The notes: generated from the letters alone by a model not told the origin. A DNA stretch of 62,720 nt from an uncultured archaeon (GCA_964619365.1 CAZUDQ010000005.1:1-62720), one strand, 5' to 3'; counted from the stretch's first letter, positions 37,057 through 46,823 are shown. Made by a program: numbers and translations.

Positions 37057-38040
37057 ATGAAAGGAGCATTTATCGCATTAGGAAAGATATACCCAAAGGG
37101 GATACGCAAGAAACTTGATGAAACGATCAGTTATGCCGGATGGGAGACTCATGCTGAAGAATGGGCTGGAAGATTTGTTCTTTTCCAGTTGATAATAGTC
37201 TTAATAGGTCTTCTCATCTGGAGAATTAATTGGATTCTTCCATTTGATATAATCTGGTTTATCTTAGCTATCTCAGTTACCCTTGTAGTACTTGAGGTTT
37301 TGGTATTTTACGTACCATATTACGCAGGAGAGAAACGGGCACGTTTTGTCGAAAGTGTGCTCCCAAGCTTCTATCAATTAATGGCATCATACTTAAGATC
37401 GGGGATGACTCCATATCAGGCACTAAAAGCGACATCAAAACCTCAATTTGGAATACTCGAGGATGAAATTCAGATTGCAACATCTAAAGGAATGGGTACA
37501 GAATCCTTTAGTGACGCACTTCTTGGCATGTCACGAAATATCCATTCTGAAAATCTAAAGCGAACAACAGAGCTTATGGTGCGGGGGATGGATAATGGTG
37601 GCTCGCTTTCGCGTCTGCTTGAAGAAAGTGCAACCAACCTGATTGAAAACGAATCTATGAGAAAACAGGTTATAGCATCCAGCAAAACGTACTCTATGAT
37701 GGTGATTTTTGCAGTTCTTGTGGGAACCCCGCTTTTGCTCTCGATTGCGCAACTCTTCAATGTAAAGCTCCTTGAAATCGCAGAAGGGGCAAGTACTGGA
37801 GGTGCTGCGGCAGCAAGGGCAAGTATGGGGATGCTTGCAGGCTCAAGTGCCCTTGACCCTGCGTTCCTTACATACTCTGGAATCGCAATAATAGCAATCA
37901 CTGCACTTATTTCAAGTTTCCTTGTTGCAGTGATTGCAACAGGGAAAATGAAGCATGGAATAAAATACGCAATAGTCTTCATTCCAGTCGCTCTTGCCCT
38001 CTATTTTGGATTCACAGCAGCATTATCCACCATACTCTAA
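37057..38040 (+). CDS. Type IV pilus membrane platform protein (TadC/ArlJ-like)
   Basis: LPSFYQLMASYLRSGMTPYQAL, GGSLSRLLE, multiple TM helices. Confidence 0.87.
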   Translation: MKGAFIALGKIYPKGIRKKLDETISYAGWETHAEEWAGRFVLFQLIIVLIGLLIWRINWILPFDIIWFILAISVTLVVLEVLVFYVPYYAGEKRARFVESVLPSFYQLMASYLRSGMTPYQALKATSKPQFGILEDEIQIATSKGMGTESFSDALLGMSRNIHSENLKRTTELMVRGMDNGGSLSRLLEESATNLIENESMRKQVIASSKTYSMMVIFAVLVGTPLLLSIAQLFNVKLLEIAEGASTGGAAAARASMGMLAGSSALDPAFLTYSGIAIIAITALISSFLVAVIATGKMKHGIKYAIVFIPVALALYFGFTAALSTIL

Positions 38041-38077
38041 GTTTTTATTTACTGACACATCAATAATAAGCCTAAAA

Positions 38078-38533
38078 ATGGATAGAAAAGCCCAAGCTTC
38101 AACAGAATACCTAGTCATTCTAGCAGTAGTGATAGTTGTTGCCGTGGTTGTTGTAGGTCTTCTCGGAGGCTTCCTTGACTTCGGCGGAGAGATAGACGAC
38201 AGTCAGAGTAAGATGTACTGGGAAGATATGCGCCCAGATATCGGGATAACCTTCCAGCAGATGGATTCAGAAGGGGATGATGCCCTTGCGATAATCAACA
38301 ATCAGGATTATCCGATTGAGATAAAAGAGATAACAATAGGTGGTAACTCCGTAGGGTTCAATAACACCATACTCCGTCCAGGTCAAGAACTAAAAAAGGT
38401 TCGTGGGGAATGGAGCAACTGTGAAGAAGGCGAATCATACAGTTATGAAGTATCATTCCTTTATGTAAACGAGGAATACAACGTGACAAGCGTCTTTACA
38501 GGAACTCAGGACATTTTAGGTAGATGCCAGTAA
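38078..38533 (+). CDS. Type IV pilin (DUF361-type class III signal)
   Basis: MDRKA^QASTEYLVILAVVIVVAVVVVGLLGGF; ATG at 38078. Confidence 0.85.
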   Translation: MDRKAQASTEYLVILAVVIVVAVVVVGLLGGFLDFGGEIDDSQSKMYWEDMRPDIGITFQQMDSEGDDALAIINNQDYPIEIKEITIGGNSVGFNNTILRPGQELKKVRGEWSNCEEGESYSYEVSFLYVNEEYNVTSVFTGTQDILGRCQ

Positions 38534-38567
38534 GGCGTCTTCCCATTTTATTTTTTTCCTAATTTCT

Positions 38568-38942
38568 TTACATATGGGCAAGATAGAAACTAATTAGCCC
38601 AAAGACTAAAAGGATTGCACCAACCATAAGCCAGACAAGACCTGATATAGGGTCTGTTGATAAAACATATGTCTTTTCTGCACAGGTTCCTGATGGCATG
38701 CATGTAGTGTTGACAATTGATATATAATCAATCTGACCTTCTGAGCCGGATGTGGTCTCTGAAAAAGAGATGGTCTCAGAAATATTAAGCGACTCGTTAA
38801 TGTAGCTTGAAACGGACTCCGAAACGCTTACAAAGTCATTGTAACTCTCATAAGACATTATAAATGCAAACATAGAAAAGGCGACAAGAAGAGCGCCGGC
38901 ACCCCATATTATTGCGGCTCCAGCTCCGCCTTTTGTTCTCAT
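38568..38942 (-). CDS. Hypothetical two-TM membrane protein
   Basis: Hydrophobic segments at both ends with a Ser-rich, sequon-containing loop; 1-nt gap to the upstream kinase gene. Confidence 0.65.
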   Translation of the reverse strand: MRTKGGAGAAIIWGAGALLVAFSMFAFIMSYESYNDFVSVSESVSSYINESLNISETISFSETTSGSEGQIDYISIVNTTCMPSGTCAEKTYVLSTDPISGLVWLMVGAILLVFGLISFYLAHM

Positions 38943-38943
38943 C

Positions 38944-39900
38944 TTATTTTTTTCCTCCGATTGACGTTTTTATGACAAGCTCGCTCTTTTCCGAAAGTGC
39001 CATGGCAACTTCATCTTGAGTTTTTGAATCAGGAGTCAAAGCCAGCATGTATCCACCCTGACCGCCTCCTGTGAGCTTAGCGCCAAGAGCGCCTGCCTTC
39101 TTTGCAATCTTACAAAAATCATCAAGTTCCTTGCATGAAACGCCTATTTCCTGAAGCATCTTATGGTTCTCATCCATCAAATGGCCGACACTTTCCCAGT
39201 TGGCACTCTTAAGTGCCGGAAGCGCTTTTCCATAAAGCTCGGAATACCCATAGAAGATCTTTTCGAACTTTTTCTCGTTTGCCTCTTTTCGCTCACGTAC
39301 TCCATCTACAATCGCCTTTGTATCAACAGGTATCCCAGTATTTGCCATGACAATTCCAACCGAACCATCAAGATCCAGTTGATTTATCTGGTTTCCGTCC
39401 TCTGTGCGCTTAAAAGTAATAAGAGAGCCGTATGTTGCACATGTATTGTCAAGTCCTGACGGATTGCCATGATACCCGCGCTCGCCCTGGTATGCAATAT
39501 CATTTATCTCCGCTTCACTTAAGTCAAGGACAAAGAACTTAGATATCGCGCGCGCAATCGCTGCACACGCTGCAGCTGAAGCCCCGACGCCTGATGCCGC
39601 AATAAGATTGCCCGCAAGTTCTACTTCAATGCCTTGGGCGTCCCAGCAGACCTTCTTTATCGCATCTTTTATGTAATTTAAGCTATCCTGAAACTGGCTT
39701 TCTTTCTTTGCTTTATAACCTTCTACTGCAGGTCTGTTGTCAATAACAAAAAGGCCGGGTTCTTCACTCTTTTTAGCTGTTGCAGTCGTCATGCGCGAAA
39801 TACCTCCTGCTATTCCAGGAAGTCCATAAACTACAAAATGCTCGCCAAATAGTATCGCCTTACCGTAACCGTAACCGTCAATCCCTGATGTTATTTCCAT
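38944..39900 (-). CDS. mvk: Mevalonate kinase (GHMP kinase)
   Basis: GYGKAILFGEHFVVYG, ASGVGASAA, ERGYHGNPSGLDN, GAKLTGGGQGG. Confidence 0.88.
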   Translation of the reverse strand: MEITSGIDGYGYGKAILFGEHFVVYGLPGIAGGISRMTTATAKKSEEPGLFVIDNRPAVEGYKAKKESQFQDSLNYIKDAIKKVCWDAQGIEVELAGNLIAASGVGASAAACAAIARAISKFFVLDLSEAEINDIAYQGERGYHGNPSGLDNTCATYGSLITFKRTEDGNQINQLDLDGSVGIVMANTGIPVDTKAIVDGVRERKEANEKKFEKIFYGYSELYGKALPALKSANWESVGHLMDENHKMLQEIGVSCKELDDFCKIAKKAGALGAKLTGGGQGGYMLALTPDSKTQDEVAMALSEKSELVIKTSIGGKK

Positions 39901-40041
39901 TCTGTTCTATTCCCACTCTAAAAAGGGCTTTTTAAGTATTTCTAACTTGGATTATTTCTCTGAAGAATAGATAAAAATCGCGTTTGGGGAGGTCACTAAG
40001 ATATTCTAATGGATGAGTTCGAGCTCTTTTTTATTTTTGCA

Positions 40042-40854
40042 TTATTTTCTTGTCATGTGAAGGCGCTTTCTTCCCTTTAAACCAAGCTTCCGTTTTGCTC
40101 CGGCCCATTGTTTTCTAATATCCCTGGACAAAAATTTCGTTCGCATAAATCTTGTTTTTTTAAGAAACTCATTGGCTTCAATAATTTCTACAAATGCCAT
40201 TTTTGGACCTTGTGCGATTTTTCGGTCCCTAAACTGGTCCCCAAATCCAAATCCTTTGTATTGGCCTTCTTTTAGACCCCATTTTTTCAAGACTTCACGT
40301 GTCGCAATACTTTTATCGATTCCTACTGGCGCTATATCAAAACCGCGTTTTGTCGAACTTACATGAATTTTTCCAGTCATGCCCATCTCTGCAAGCGCAT
40401 TATCAATTAGTCCCCGCGTTCTGTTCGTATTGGCAGGCGTTGGTATTTTACTGCCTTCTGCGCGCGGGCTGTTAATCTTTATTGTCACCAGATGATTTTC
40501 CACGTCAGGAAGGAGATTTATGCCTTCTTTCTTAGCATTTGAGTGGATCTTAGCAAGAATCTGCTCGCGACTGCCTTTGAAAGTATTGGCTTCGGGAGAA
40601 AACACCTTTCCGTTTTTTTTGATTTCGTACAGTCCAAATTCTCCAAAAATAGGGACTTTTCCAACGAGACCATGTTTTTCCATTAAAGGCATTACATCTT
40701 CTCGGACTCTAGTCTCTGTATTTGCAGTTGCCAGTGCAAGCTTGATGCCGCGATCATGCATCTTTTTTATTCTTCTGACTACCCGTTCATCAACCGACCT
40801 GTCAATAGTAAGAACATCGTCAATATCGCTTATAATGATTCGCTTAGATATCAT
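40042..40854 (-). CDS. HAD-superfamily hydrolase (subfamily II-like), basic
   Basis: DIDDVL motif I, LATAN motif II, DIAPVGIDK motif III, FGDQFRD motif IV. Confidence 0.8.
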   Translation of the reverse strand: MISKRIIISDIDDVLTIDRSVDERVVRRIKKMHDRGIKLALATANTETRVREDVMPLMEKHGLVGKVPIFGEFGLYEIKKNGKVFSPEANTFKGSREQILAKIHSNAKKEGINLLPDVENHLVTIKINSPRAEGSKIPTPANTNRTRGLIDNALAEMGMTGKIHVSSTKRGFDIAPVGIDKSIATREVLKKWGLKEGQYKGFGFGDQFRDRKIAQGPKMAFVEIIEANEFLKKTRFMRTKFLSRDIRKQWAGAKRKLGLKGRKRLHMTRK

Positions 40855-40944
40855 GTTTTCTTTATTTATCTATCCTTATGGGTATAAAAAAGGGATGGAA
40901 AACAAAAAATATGAAGAGGAGTTACTACTAAGTGATAAAAAGAA

Positions 40945-41015
40945 AGCAGGGAGAGGGAATTGAACCCCCGTCTACCGGTCTGCAGCCGGTTGCATGGCCA
41001 CTGTGCTACCCCTGC
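40945..41015 (-). tRNA. tRNA-Cys(GCA)
   Basis: GCAGGGGTAGCACAGTGGCCATGCAACCGGCT-GCA-GACCGGTAGACGGGGGTTCAATTCCCTCTCCCTGCT folds into a cloverleaf; U discriminator; CCA not encoded. Confidence 0.93.
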
Positions 41016-41104
41016 TTAAAAATAGGAAAAAAGTGCTGGATATTTAGATAAGTTCACTATTAAAATCAACCCAGATTATAAAGAAATTATAAAAAAGTCT
41101 TTTA

Positions 41105-42406
41105 TCAGATTTTTGCTACGTCCCCATTCCTCAAAAGGTGCACGTCCCGATTAAGCTTGTATCCCTCTTCTTCGGCAAAGTCCACGTAGTTTCCAAGCAT
41201 GCCTATCCCCCCGTGAGCTGGGATTATGTGTTCTGGGTTAAGCATCTTTAAAAGGCGCCTGTGCTCCTCGCGATTTGCGTGCCCTGAAACGTGCACATTA
41301 TCATAAATCCTTGCGCCAAGTCTTCTTATCTTATCACACATCTGACTCTTGTTTGCGATATTGACGTCAGTCGGTATAGTGCTTGACGAGAATACTACTG
41401 AGTCCCCTGTAGTAAGGCTGAACTTAAGATCGCCACTTGCAATTCTCGAAAGGACAGCTCTTGGCTCGCCCTGGTGTCCTGTTGTCATAAGGAAATATTC
41501 GTCCCTGTTCCTTGCGACTTTTGCAAGAGCAGAATCCAGATTCTTTGGAACAATTACAGTTCCATCCGGGATATCAAGAAGACCCAGTTCCTTTCCAAGA
41601 GTGCAATTTGCAAGATAGCTGTTTCCTGCAATAATAATCTTTCTCCCAAGCTTATGCGCTTCTGTGACAAGCGCCTGAACACGTTCGATGTGTGTTGAAA
41701 ATGTCGTTGCTAAAATGAGCCCACCTTCTTCGTGTGCATAAGAAAGAGTATCTCGTATCATTGCCCGCGCGACTTTTTCTGAAGGACACTTACCCTCTCG
41801 ATTGACATCAAGCGCCTCGACAACAAGAGCTTTTACGCCCTGATTGCCAATAGACTTTAACTTTGAATAGTTTGTTTTTGCGACTTTTGAATGGTCGTCA
41901 AACTTAAAATCACAAGCATAGACCAAATCGCCGCCTGGCGTGTGAAGATTTATCATTGATGCCTGTGGAATCGAATGCGTCACCTGCACAAGCTCTGCTG
42001 AGAGCTTTGGGGTGACCTGTATCCTTTGTCCATACTGGACATCAGAGATACGGTCGAGCATATCCCTAGGCATGCGTTTGCGAATCAGGCCTGCCGCATA
42101 TTTTGTTGAGAAAATTTGTGCGGGGTGGCTTCGTATGTACCGTTCAAGAGCACCTATGTGATCAAGATGGCCGTGTGAGACCAAAAAGCCGTCTATCTGT
42201 CCTTTTCCACGAATATCGGGTATTGCGCCGATATCTAAAAGCTCCTTGTCTGTTATCTTGTCAAGGTCTTTTTTCGAGTTACCGTAATACAGTAAATAGG
42301 AGTCTAATTTTATTCCACAGTCGAGAGCCAGTTGGGCATCTCCTGCGCGAACTAATGTCATGTTGCGGCCGACTCCGTCGTAGCCACCTACTGCTTCAAT
42401 TTCCAT
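41105..42406 (-). CDS. rnj: Ribonuclease J (metallo-beta-lactamase/beta-CASP)
   Basis: AVGGYDGVGRNMT, SHGHLDHIGA, THSIP, DFKFD, TGHQGEP, HVSGHA, PAHG. Confidence 0.93.
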   Translation of the reverse strand: MEIEAVGGYDGVGRNMTLVRAGDAQLALDCGIKLDSYLLYYGNSKKDLDKITDKELLDIGAIPDIRGKGQIDGFLVSHGHLDHIGALERYIRSHPAQIFSTKYAAGLIRKRMPRDMLDRISDVQYGQRIQVTPKLSAELVQVTHSIPQASMINLHTPGGDLVYACDFKFDDHSKVAKTNYSKLKSIGNQGVKALVVEALDVNREGKCPSEKVARAMIRDTLSYAHEEGGLILATTFSTHIERVQALVTEAHKLGRKIIIAGNSYLANCTLGKELGLLDIPDGTVIVPKNLDSALAKVARNRDEYFLMTTGHQGEPRAVLSRIASGDLKFSLTTGDSVVFSSSTIPTDVNIANKSQMCDKIRRLGARIYDNVHVSGHANREEHRRLLKMLNPEHIIPAHGGIGMLGNYVDFAEEEGYKLNRDVHLLRNGDVAKI

Positions 42407-42455
42407 TGTATTCTTGTTTTCCCTTTTGAAAACCTCGTTTATTCTTGAATAATTA

Positions 42456-43499
42456 TTATGATTTTTTTGTTTCTATCCATTCACTTGCCTTGCCCATGAT
42501 TCGCACGTCCGCATGCTTAAGGTCGGATAGTTTTTTTGAGCCTGTGAGGAACATCGCAAGTTTTAGCTCATCTGCCATTTGGCGCAGGTATGCTGTGGCC
42601 CCTTCCTCACCGTCTGAATCAAGCGCCCTTAGAAGCGGGAGTGCGACACCGACAAGGTCTGCACCCAGCGCAATTGCCTTTGCGGCATCAATTCCGTTTC
42701 TTATGCCGCCTGAGGCGATTTTTGGACAATTTATGTCCTTAAGTTCAAGAAGCGAGAACGCCGTTGGTATTCCCCATTCCTCAAACATCTCAGAAAGCTC
42801 TGCCATCTCACCTTCTGCGCGGAAACCTTCTATTCGGTCCCATGATGTGCCCCCATAACCACCAATATCAATTCCATATACGCCCGCTTCAAGTAGTTTT
42901 TTGGCAGTCTTCTCTGAGATTCCACACCCCACTTCCTTAGCAATTACTGGGACTCCAACAGATTCACAGACCTCTTTGATTTTTGGGGAAAGATTTGAAA
43001 AGTTAGTGTCGCCTTCCGGCTGTATTGCTTCCTGCAATGGATTTAAGTGTAGGGCAAGGGCATCAGCATTTATCATGTCAACTGCGGCGCGTGCCTCTTT
43101 TACCCCATAATTATAGTTTAATTGTACTGCGCCAAGATTCCCGATGACGAGGGTCTTTTTTGCAGGTGCCTTGATGACTGAATAGGTCTCTTCAAGGGAA
43201 TGATCCTCAAGTGCCGGCCTTTGGCTTCCGACTTCAAAACCTAAGCCTAATTCGCCTGCAACGCCTGCCAATGCAGCATTTATCGTCATAGCTTCTTCAG
43301 TGCCGCCAGTCATTGCCTCGATTAAGAACGGGGCGCGAAGTTTCTTCTTAAGGAAACTGCATGACAAATCCACTTTATGGAGATCAATTTCCGGCAATGC
43401 CTCATGGACAAAAGATATGTATTCAAAACCGCTCGAACCTACTTCGATGTCTTCTTCCAATGCTATCTTTATATGGTCGCTTTTACGATCTTTGCTCAT
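42456..43499 (-). CDS. fni: Type 2 isopentenyl-diphosphate delta-isomerase
   Basis: RKSDHI, AMTGG, VGSQR, HLNPLQEAIQPEGD, KEVGCG, GGTSW, ASGGIRNG. Confidence 0.96.
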   Translation of the reverse strand: MSKDRKSDHIKIALEEDIEVGSSGFEYISFVHEALPEIDLHKVDLSCSFLKKKLRAPFLIEAMTGGTEEAMTINAALAGVAGELGLGFEVGSQRPALEDHSLEETYSVIKAPAKKTLVIGNLGAVQLNYNYGVKEARAAVDMINADALALHLNPLQEAIQPEGDTNFSNLSPKIKEVCESVGVPVIAKEVGCGISEKTAKKLLEAGVYGIDIGGYGGTSWDRIEGFRAEGEMAELSEMFEEWGIPTAFSLLELKDINCPKIASGGIRNGIDAAKAIALGADLVGVALPLLRALDSDGEEGATAYLRQMADELKLAMFLTGSKKLSDLKHADVRIMGKASEWIETKKS

Positions 43500-44425
43500 T
43501 TTGGGTTTGGGGGGCTTAATTCAACTCGAGCACCAATTTGCCCGATTTTTACATCCTTTATTTTAGTGCCCAATCCTTTTAAAGCTTTTTTAATGTCAGA
43601 TTCGGCCGATTCCGGGGTCAATACCAATATTGCACCCCCAGTTCCGGCACCGCAGACTTTTGCGCCCAAGGCTCCATTTTCGCGTGCTGTCAGTACCATT
43701 CTATCAAGTTCTTTGCCACTAAGCCCCATATTTAAGAGTAAATCATGGTTGGCATCCATAGCCTCGCCAAGAGTGTTTAAGTCACCTGATTCAAGTGCGC
43801 GCCGGCCCTTTTTAACGATACTTTCTGACTCAGACAGGAAATCTTTGAATGCCTGGGGATTATCCACCCGTATCCTCTCGACTCTTGCAATCTGCTCTTT
43901 GCTCGATTTTTGGGATTTTCCGTACGCTACCATGAATTTTGGCATTTCTTTTAAGGAGATTTTCTCACCCCCGCCATTTTGATATTCTATAACACCACCC
44001 ATAATTGATGTGAATGTGTCAAGCCCACTGCTTTTGCCGTGAACCTTTGATTCTAAGTTTTGAGCCATTTTCTGCAAGACTCGGGTGTCCGATTCTTGAA
44101 GGCATCGCCCTGATTTTGTGCATTCTGCAAATAATTGGGATTCTGTCCCCATTGCAGCGCAAAGCGCAACAGAGACTGCCGCAGAACTTCCAAGACCAAT
44201 ACCTACTGGAATCTGGCTTGAAATATCAATTTTCCACATGCCCCCAAACTTGGCTATTGCTTCATTAGGAAGAACTTTATCACTTGAGCGTATTAGCTTG
44301 GTTTCGGATTTTTCCACACTTACAAATACCCTCTCTTCTAAGGAAAATGCGATTGCTGGGTTCCCATATAAAGAAGTATGCTCGCCCAGGATTATCGCTT
44401 TTCCTGGAGCAGAAAAAGATACCAT
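43496..44425 (-). CDS. Mevalonate kinase family GHMP kinase (archaeal-type position)
   Basis: APGKAIILGEH, IPVGIGLGSSAA, HGKSSGLD, GAKVCGAGTGG. Probable ATG at 44425; overlaps fni by 4 nt. Confidence 0.85.
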   Translation of the reverse strand: MVSFSAPGKAIILGEHTSLYGNPAIAFSLEERVFVSVEKSETKLIRSSDKVLPNEAIAKFGGMWKIDISSQIPVGIGLGSSAAVSVALCAAMGTESQLFAECTKSGRCLQESDTRVLQKMAQNLESKVHGKSSGLDTFTSIMGGVIEYQNGGGEKISLKEMPKFMVAYGKSQKSSKEQIARVERIRVDNPQAFKDFLSESESIVKKGRRALESGDLNTLGEAMDANHDLLLNMGLSGKELDRMVLTARENGALGAKVCGAGTGGAILVLTPESAESDIKKALKGLGTKIKDVKIGQIGARVELSPPNPK

Positions 44426-44438
44426 TGATATTGTTTGA

Positions 44439-46334
44439 TTAATTGCTGCCGACAAATTTCGGTCGTATTGAAAGCTCGCGTGCTAAAGGAAGCGGTTTAT
44501 ATGGCATATCCCCTGTGATTTCCCTTATCTCTGAGACAAGAGCGTCCACTGTCATCTCTCGCTTCTCTTTTTCGCCCCTGAGGCTCACTGCAATCTTGCC
44601 TGACGCTTCTTCATTATCACCGATTACAATTGTATAGGGCACCCAGTCCTTTCCTGCAGAACGAACCTTCTTTCCAAGTGTAAGGTCGCGGTCATCAATA
44701 TCTGCCCGTATTCTCTTTCCTGAAAGCTCTGCCACAAGCTTCTCTGAATATACGAGGTTCTTTTCAGAAACCGGTATGACACGCAACTGAGTCGGCGCCA
44801 GCCAAAGAGGGAATGATGCTGTCCCGCCTTTCTTTGATACCATATAGGCTTTTTCAAGAAGGGCATATATGTTGCGCTCTATGGCGCCCGATGGTGAAAG
44901 ATGCATTATAAGGGGATACTTCTCCTTGCCGTCTGAATCAACATAGGTTATGCCATAAGTCTCGGCGTTCTCAACATCGATTTGGTCTGTTGAAAGGGCT
45001 GAAGCCTTGCCAAGTGCGTCAATGAAATTAAGCTCGTACTTCATCATGAAATAAAAGAAGCGCGAGTCCCACATCTCAACAAGGATGGGCTTGCCCCATT
45101 TCTTAACAAGGCCTGTGACAAACTCCTTATGCTCCAAATAAAAGTCCTTGACTATCCTTAAACCCATCTCTATATCGTTTTCCGGGTCGATTCCAACCTT
45201 GGAGAGAATTGAGTTTGCAAGCTCGAATCTCTTTGCCATTTCAGTCTTTGCCATCTCAAAATCAGAGACAAACGCGTGGCAGTCAGGCATTGTAAATGAC
45301 CTTAATCGTCTAAGGCCGGTTAATTCCCCTCTTTTTTCAACCCTGAAACTGTATTTTGTAAGCTCATATAAGCGTAATGGGAGGTTCTTATAGGATATTG
45401 TGGCGTCATGTGCCATTAAAAATTGGCCAAAGCACGCTGCAAAGCGCAAGAATACCTTCTTGTTCGGCGTTTCAATCGTATACTGGCGAGCTGGGAAACG
45501 ATTCATATACTTTTTCAGGCTGGAATGGTCAAAATCATACATTATAGGCGTTTCTACTTCCATTGCACCATATTCTGCCATCTCGCGGTTGACAAGATCC
45601 TCAATTAGGCCCTTAATCAGGCGGCCTTTTGGATAATATCTTAAGTTTCCGGGATCGCTTCCGGGTTCATAATCAACAAGCTCGTGCCTTTGCATGAGTT
45701 CAACATGCGGCGGGGCAATTGGTGCCACGCGGTTCTTTGAGAACTCATACTCTGCGAAAATCTTTAAATTAGGGTATTTTGAATAATCAAATGAATCTGT
45801 GTCATGAAGCTCGCCGTCCGGAGTCAGGACCTTCCAGACCGACTTCATCTTCTCTTCGGATTTTAGCGCCTCGGACTCGTCGGCTTTTGCCGGCTCCTTA
45901 GAAAGCTCTTCAATCAGGATTTCGCGTGAAAGTTCTGACATCGGGTGCCCTTTTACGTGAATCTTAAAGGATTTATACCAACCAAAAGGCGCCTTTATGA
46001 CAGGAACACCCAGTTGTGAGGCTTCAGTAAATACGAGGTCAAGAACTTTTTTCCCGACATCGGGGGATGAAAGATTTGATGAGAGATGGGCGTAGGGATA
46101 AACTACAATCTCCTTCGCGCCGACTTTTCCTAAGATATCAGCCATTTCAGAAGCGGCTTTCTTTGCAACAGCTTCCTCCTTACCTTCGTCAGGTTTCTCA
46201 ACGGCGATAAATGCGACAAGAGCGTTTTTGGCTGAGCCTTCCTTTTCCTGAATAGAAAGTTCGGGAGCACTCTTAAGCGCTTTTTTTGTCGCGACAAAGG
46301 AAAAGTCCTCCACATGATTAAAAAGTATCTTCAT
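44439..46334 (-). CDS. thrS: Threonyl-tRNA synthetase, archaeal type
   Basis: N-terminal editing domain (YPYAHLS, APFGWYK), LRFAACFGQF, FTMPDCH, HLSPSGAIER. Confidence 0.96.
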   Translation of the reverse strand: MKILFNHVEDFSFVATKKALKSAPELSIQEKEGSAKNALVAFIAVEKPDEGKEEAVAKKAASEMADILGKVGAKEIVVYPYAHLSSNLSSPDVGKKVLDLVFTEASQLGVPVIKAPFGWYKSFKIHVKGHPMSELSREILIEELSKEPAKADESEALKSEEKMKSVWKVLTPDGELHDTDSFDYSKYPNLKIFAEYEFSKNRVAPIAPPHVELMQRHELVDYEPGSDPGNLRYYPKGRLIKGLIEDLVNREMAEYGAMEVETPIMYDFDHSSLKKYMNRFPARQYTIETPNKKVFLRFAACFGQFLMAHDATISYKNLPLRLYELTKYSFRVEKRGELTGLRRLRSFTMPDCHAFVSDFEMAKTEMAKRFELANSILSKVGIDPENDIEMGLRIVKDFYLEHKEFVTGLVKKWGKPILVEMWDSRFFYFMMKYELNFIDALGKASALSTDQIDVENAETYGITYVDSDGKEKYPLIMHLSPSGAIERNIYALLEKAYMVSKKGGTASFPLWLAPTQLRVIPVSEKNLVYSEKLVAELSGKRIRADIDDRDLTLGKKVRSAGKDWVPYTIVIGDNEEASGKIAVSLRGEKEKREMTVDALVSEIREITGDMPYKPLPLARELSIRPKFVGSN

Positions 46335-46371
46335 TTAGTTCACCTGGAATAAGATAAATCTCGTATAGTAT

Positions 46372-46417
46372 AAAAAGAAAATAAAAAAGGTTGGGGTTTG
46401 AAATTCTCAAAGCCCCA
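46372..46417 (-). terminator. Hairpin plus U-tract terminator between the 132-aa hypothetical gene and thrS
   Basis: Minus strand TGGGG-C-TTTGA-GAATT-TCAAA-CCCCA followed by ACCTTTTTTATTTTTCTTTTT. Confidence 0.55.
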
Positions 46418-46424
46418 TAGTTTA

Positions 46425-46823
46425 TTATTGTTTCTCGCCAAGACTGACTGAAGGCAGTTGGAGAGGTGCTGGAAGCTGGAGGGACTTTGCGAGTATTGTC
46501 GCTTCAATCAGGCCGCGCCTGAGAATGAAGTTTGATACTTCCCTAAGACCTTCACCTTTGAGGGCGATAGTCTTTTTGCCCTTCTCTTCCTTTTCCTCAC
46601 ATTTGTCAGCAAGGCTTTCGGTAAAGTAGGTCAGGGTGCCCTCTAAATCAATCTTTCCAATATCGACGTAGTCGGCCTTAAAGGCCCACTTAACATCAAG
46701 CATATTAGAATTCTTTTTTGTGACATCAGAAAACGAAAAGTTTTCTTTGACATCAATATTTTCAGCGTCTCTCTTGTCTACCTTTGCATCGATCCTATCG
46801 ATTTTGTATGCTGTAATTCCCAT
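46425..46823 (-). CDS. Hypothetical protein (132 aa)
   Basis: Clean ATG ORF co-oriented with its neighbours; ends in LQLPAPLQLP. Confidence 0.75.
   Translation of the reverse strand: MGITAYKIDRIDAKVDKRDAENIDVKENFSFSDVTKKNSNMLDVKWAFKADYVDIGKIDLEGTLTYFTESLADKCEEKEEKGKKTIALKGEGLREVSNFILRRGLIEATILAKSLQLPAPLQLPSVSLGEKQ

Noticed and set aside
31570-38533. Archaellum (flagellar) operon
   Set aside because: No archaellin-type sequence or arlC/D/E/F/G genes; two separate platform genes fit an adhesive or other type IV pilus.
40042-41015. Integrated element at tRNA-Cys
   Set aside because: No integrase and no duplicated tRNA 3' end (att site) found downstream.
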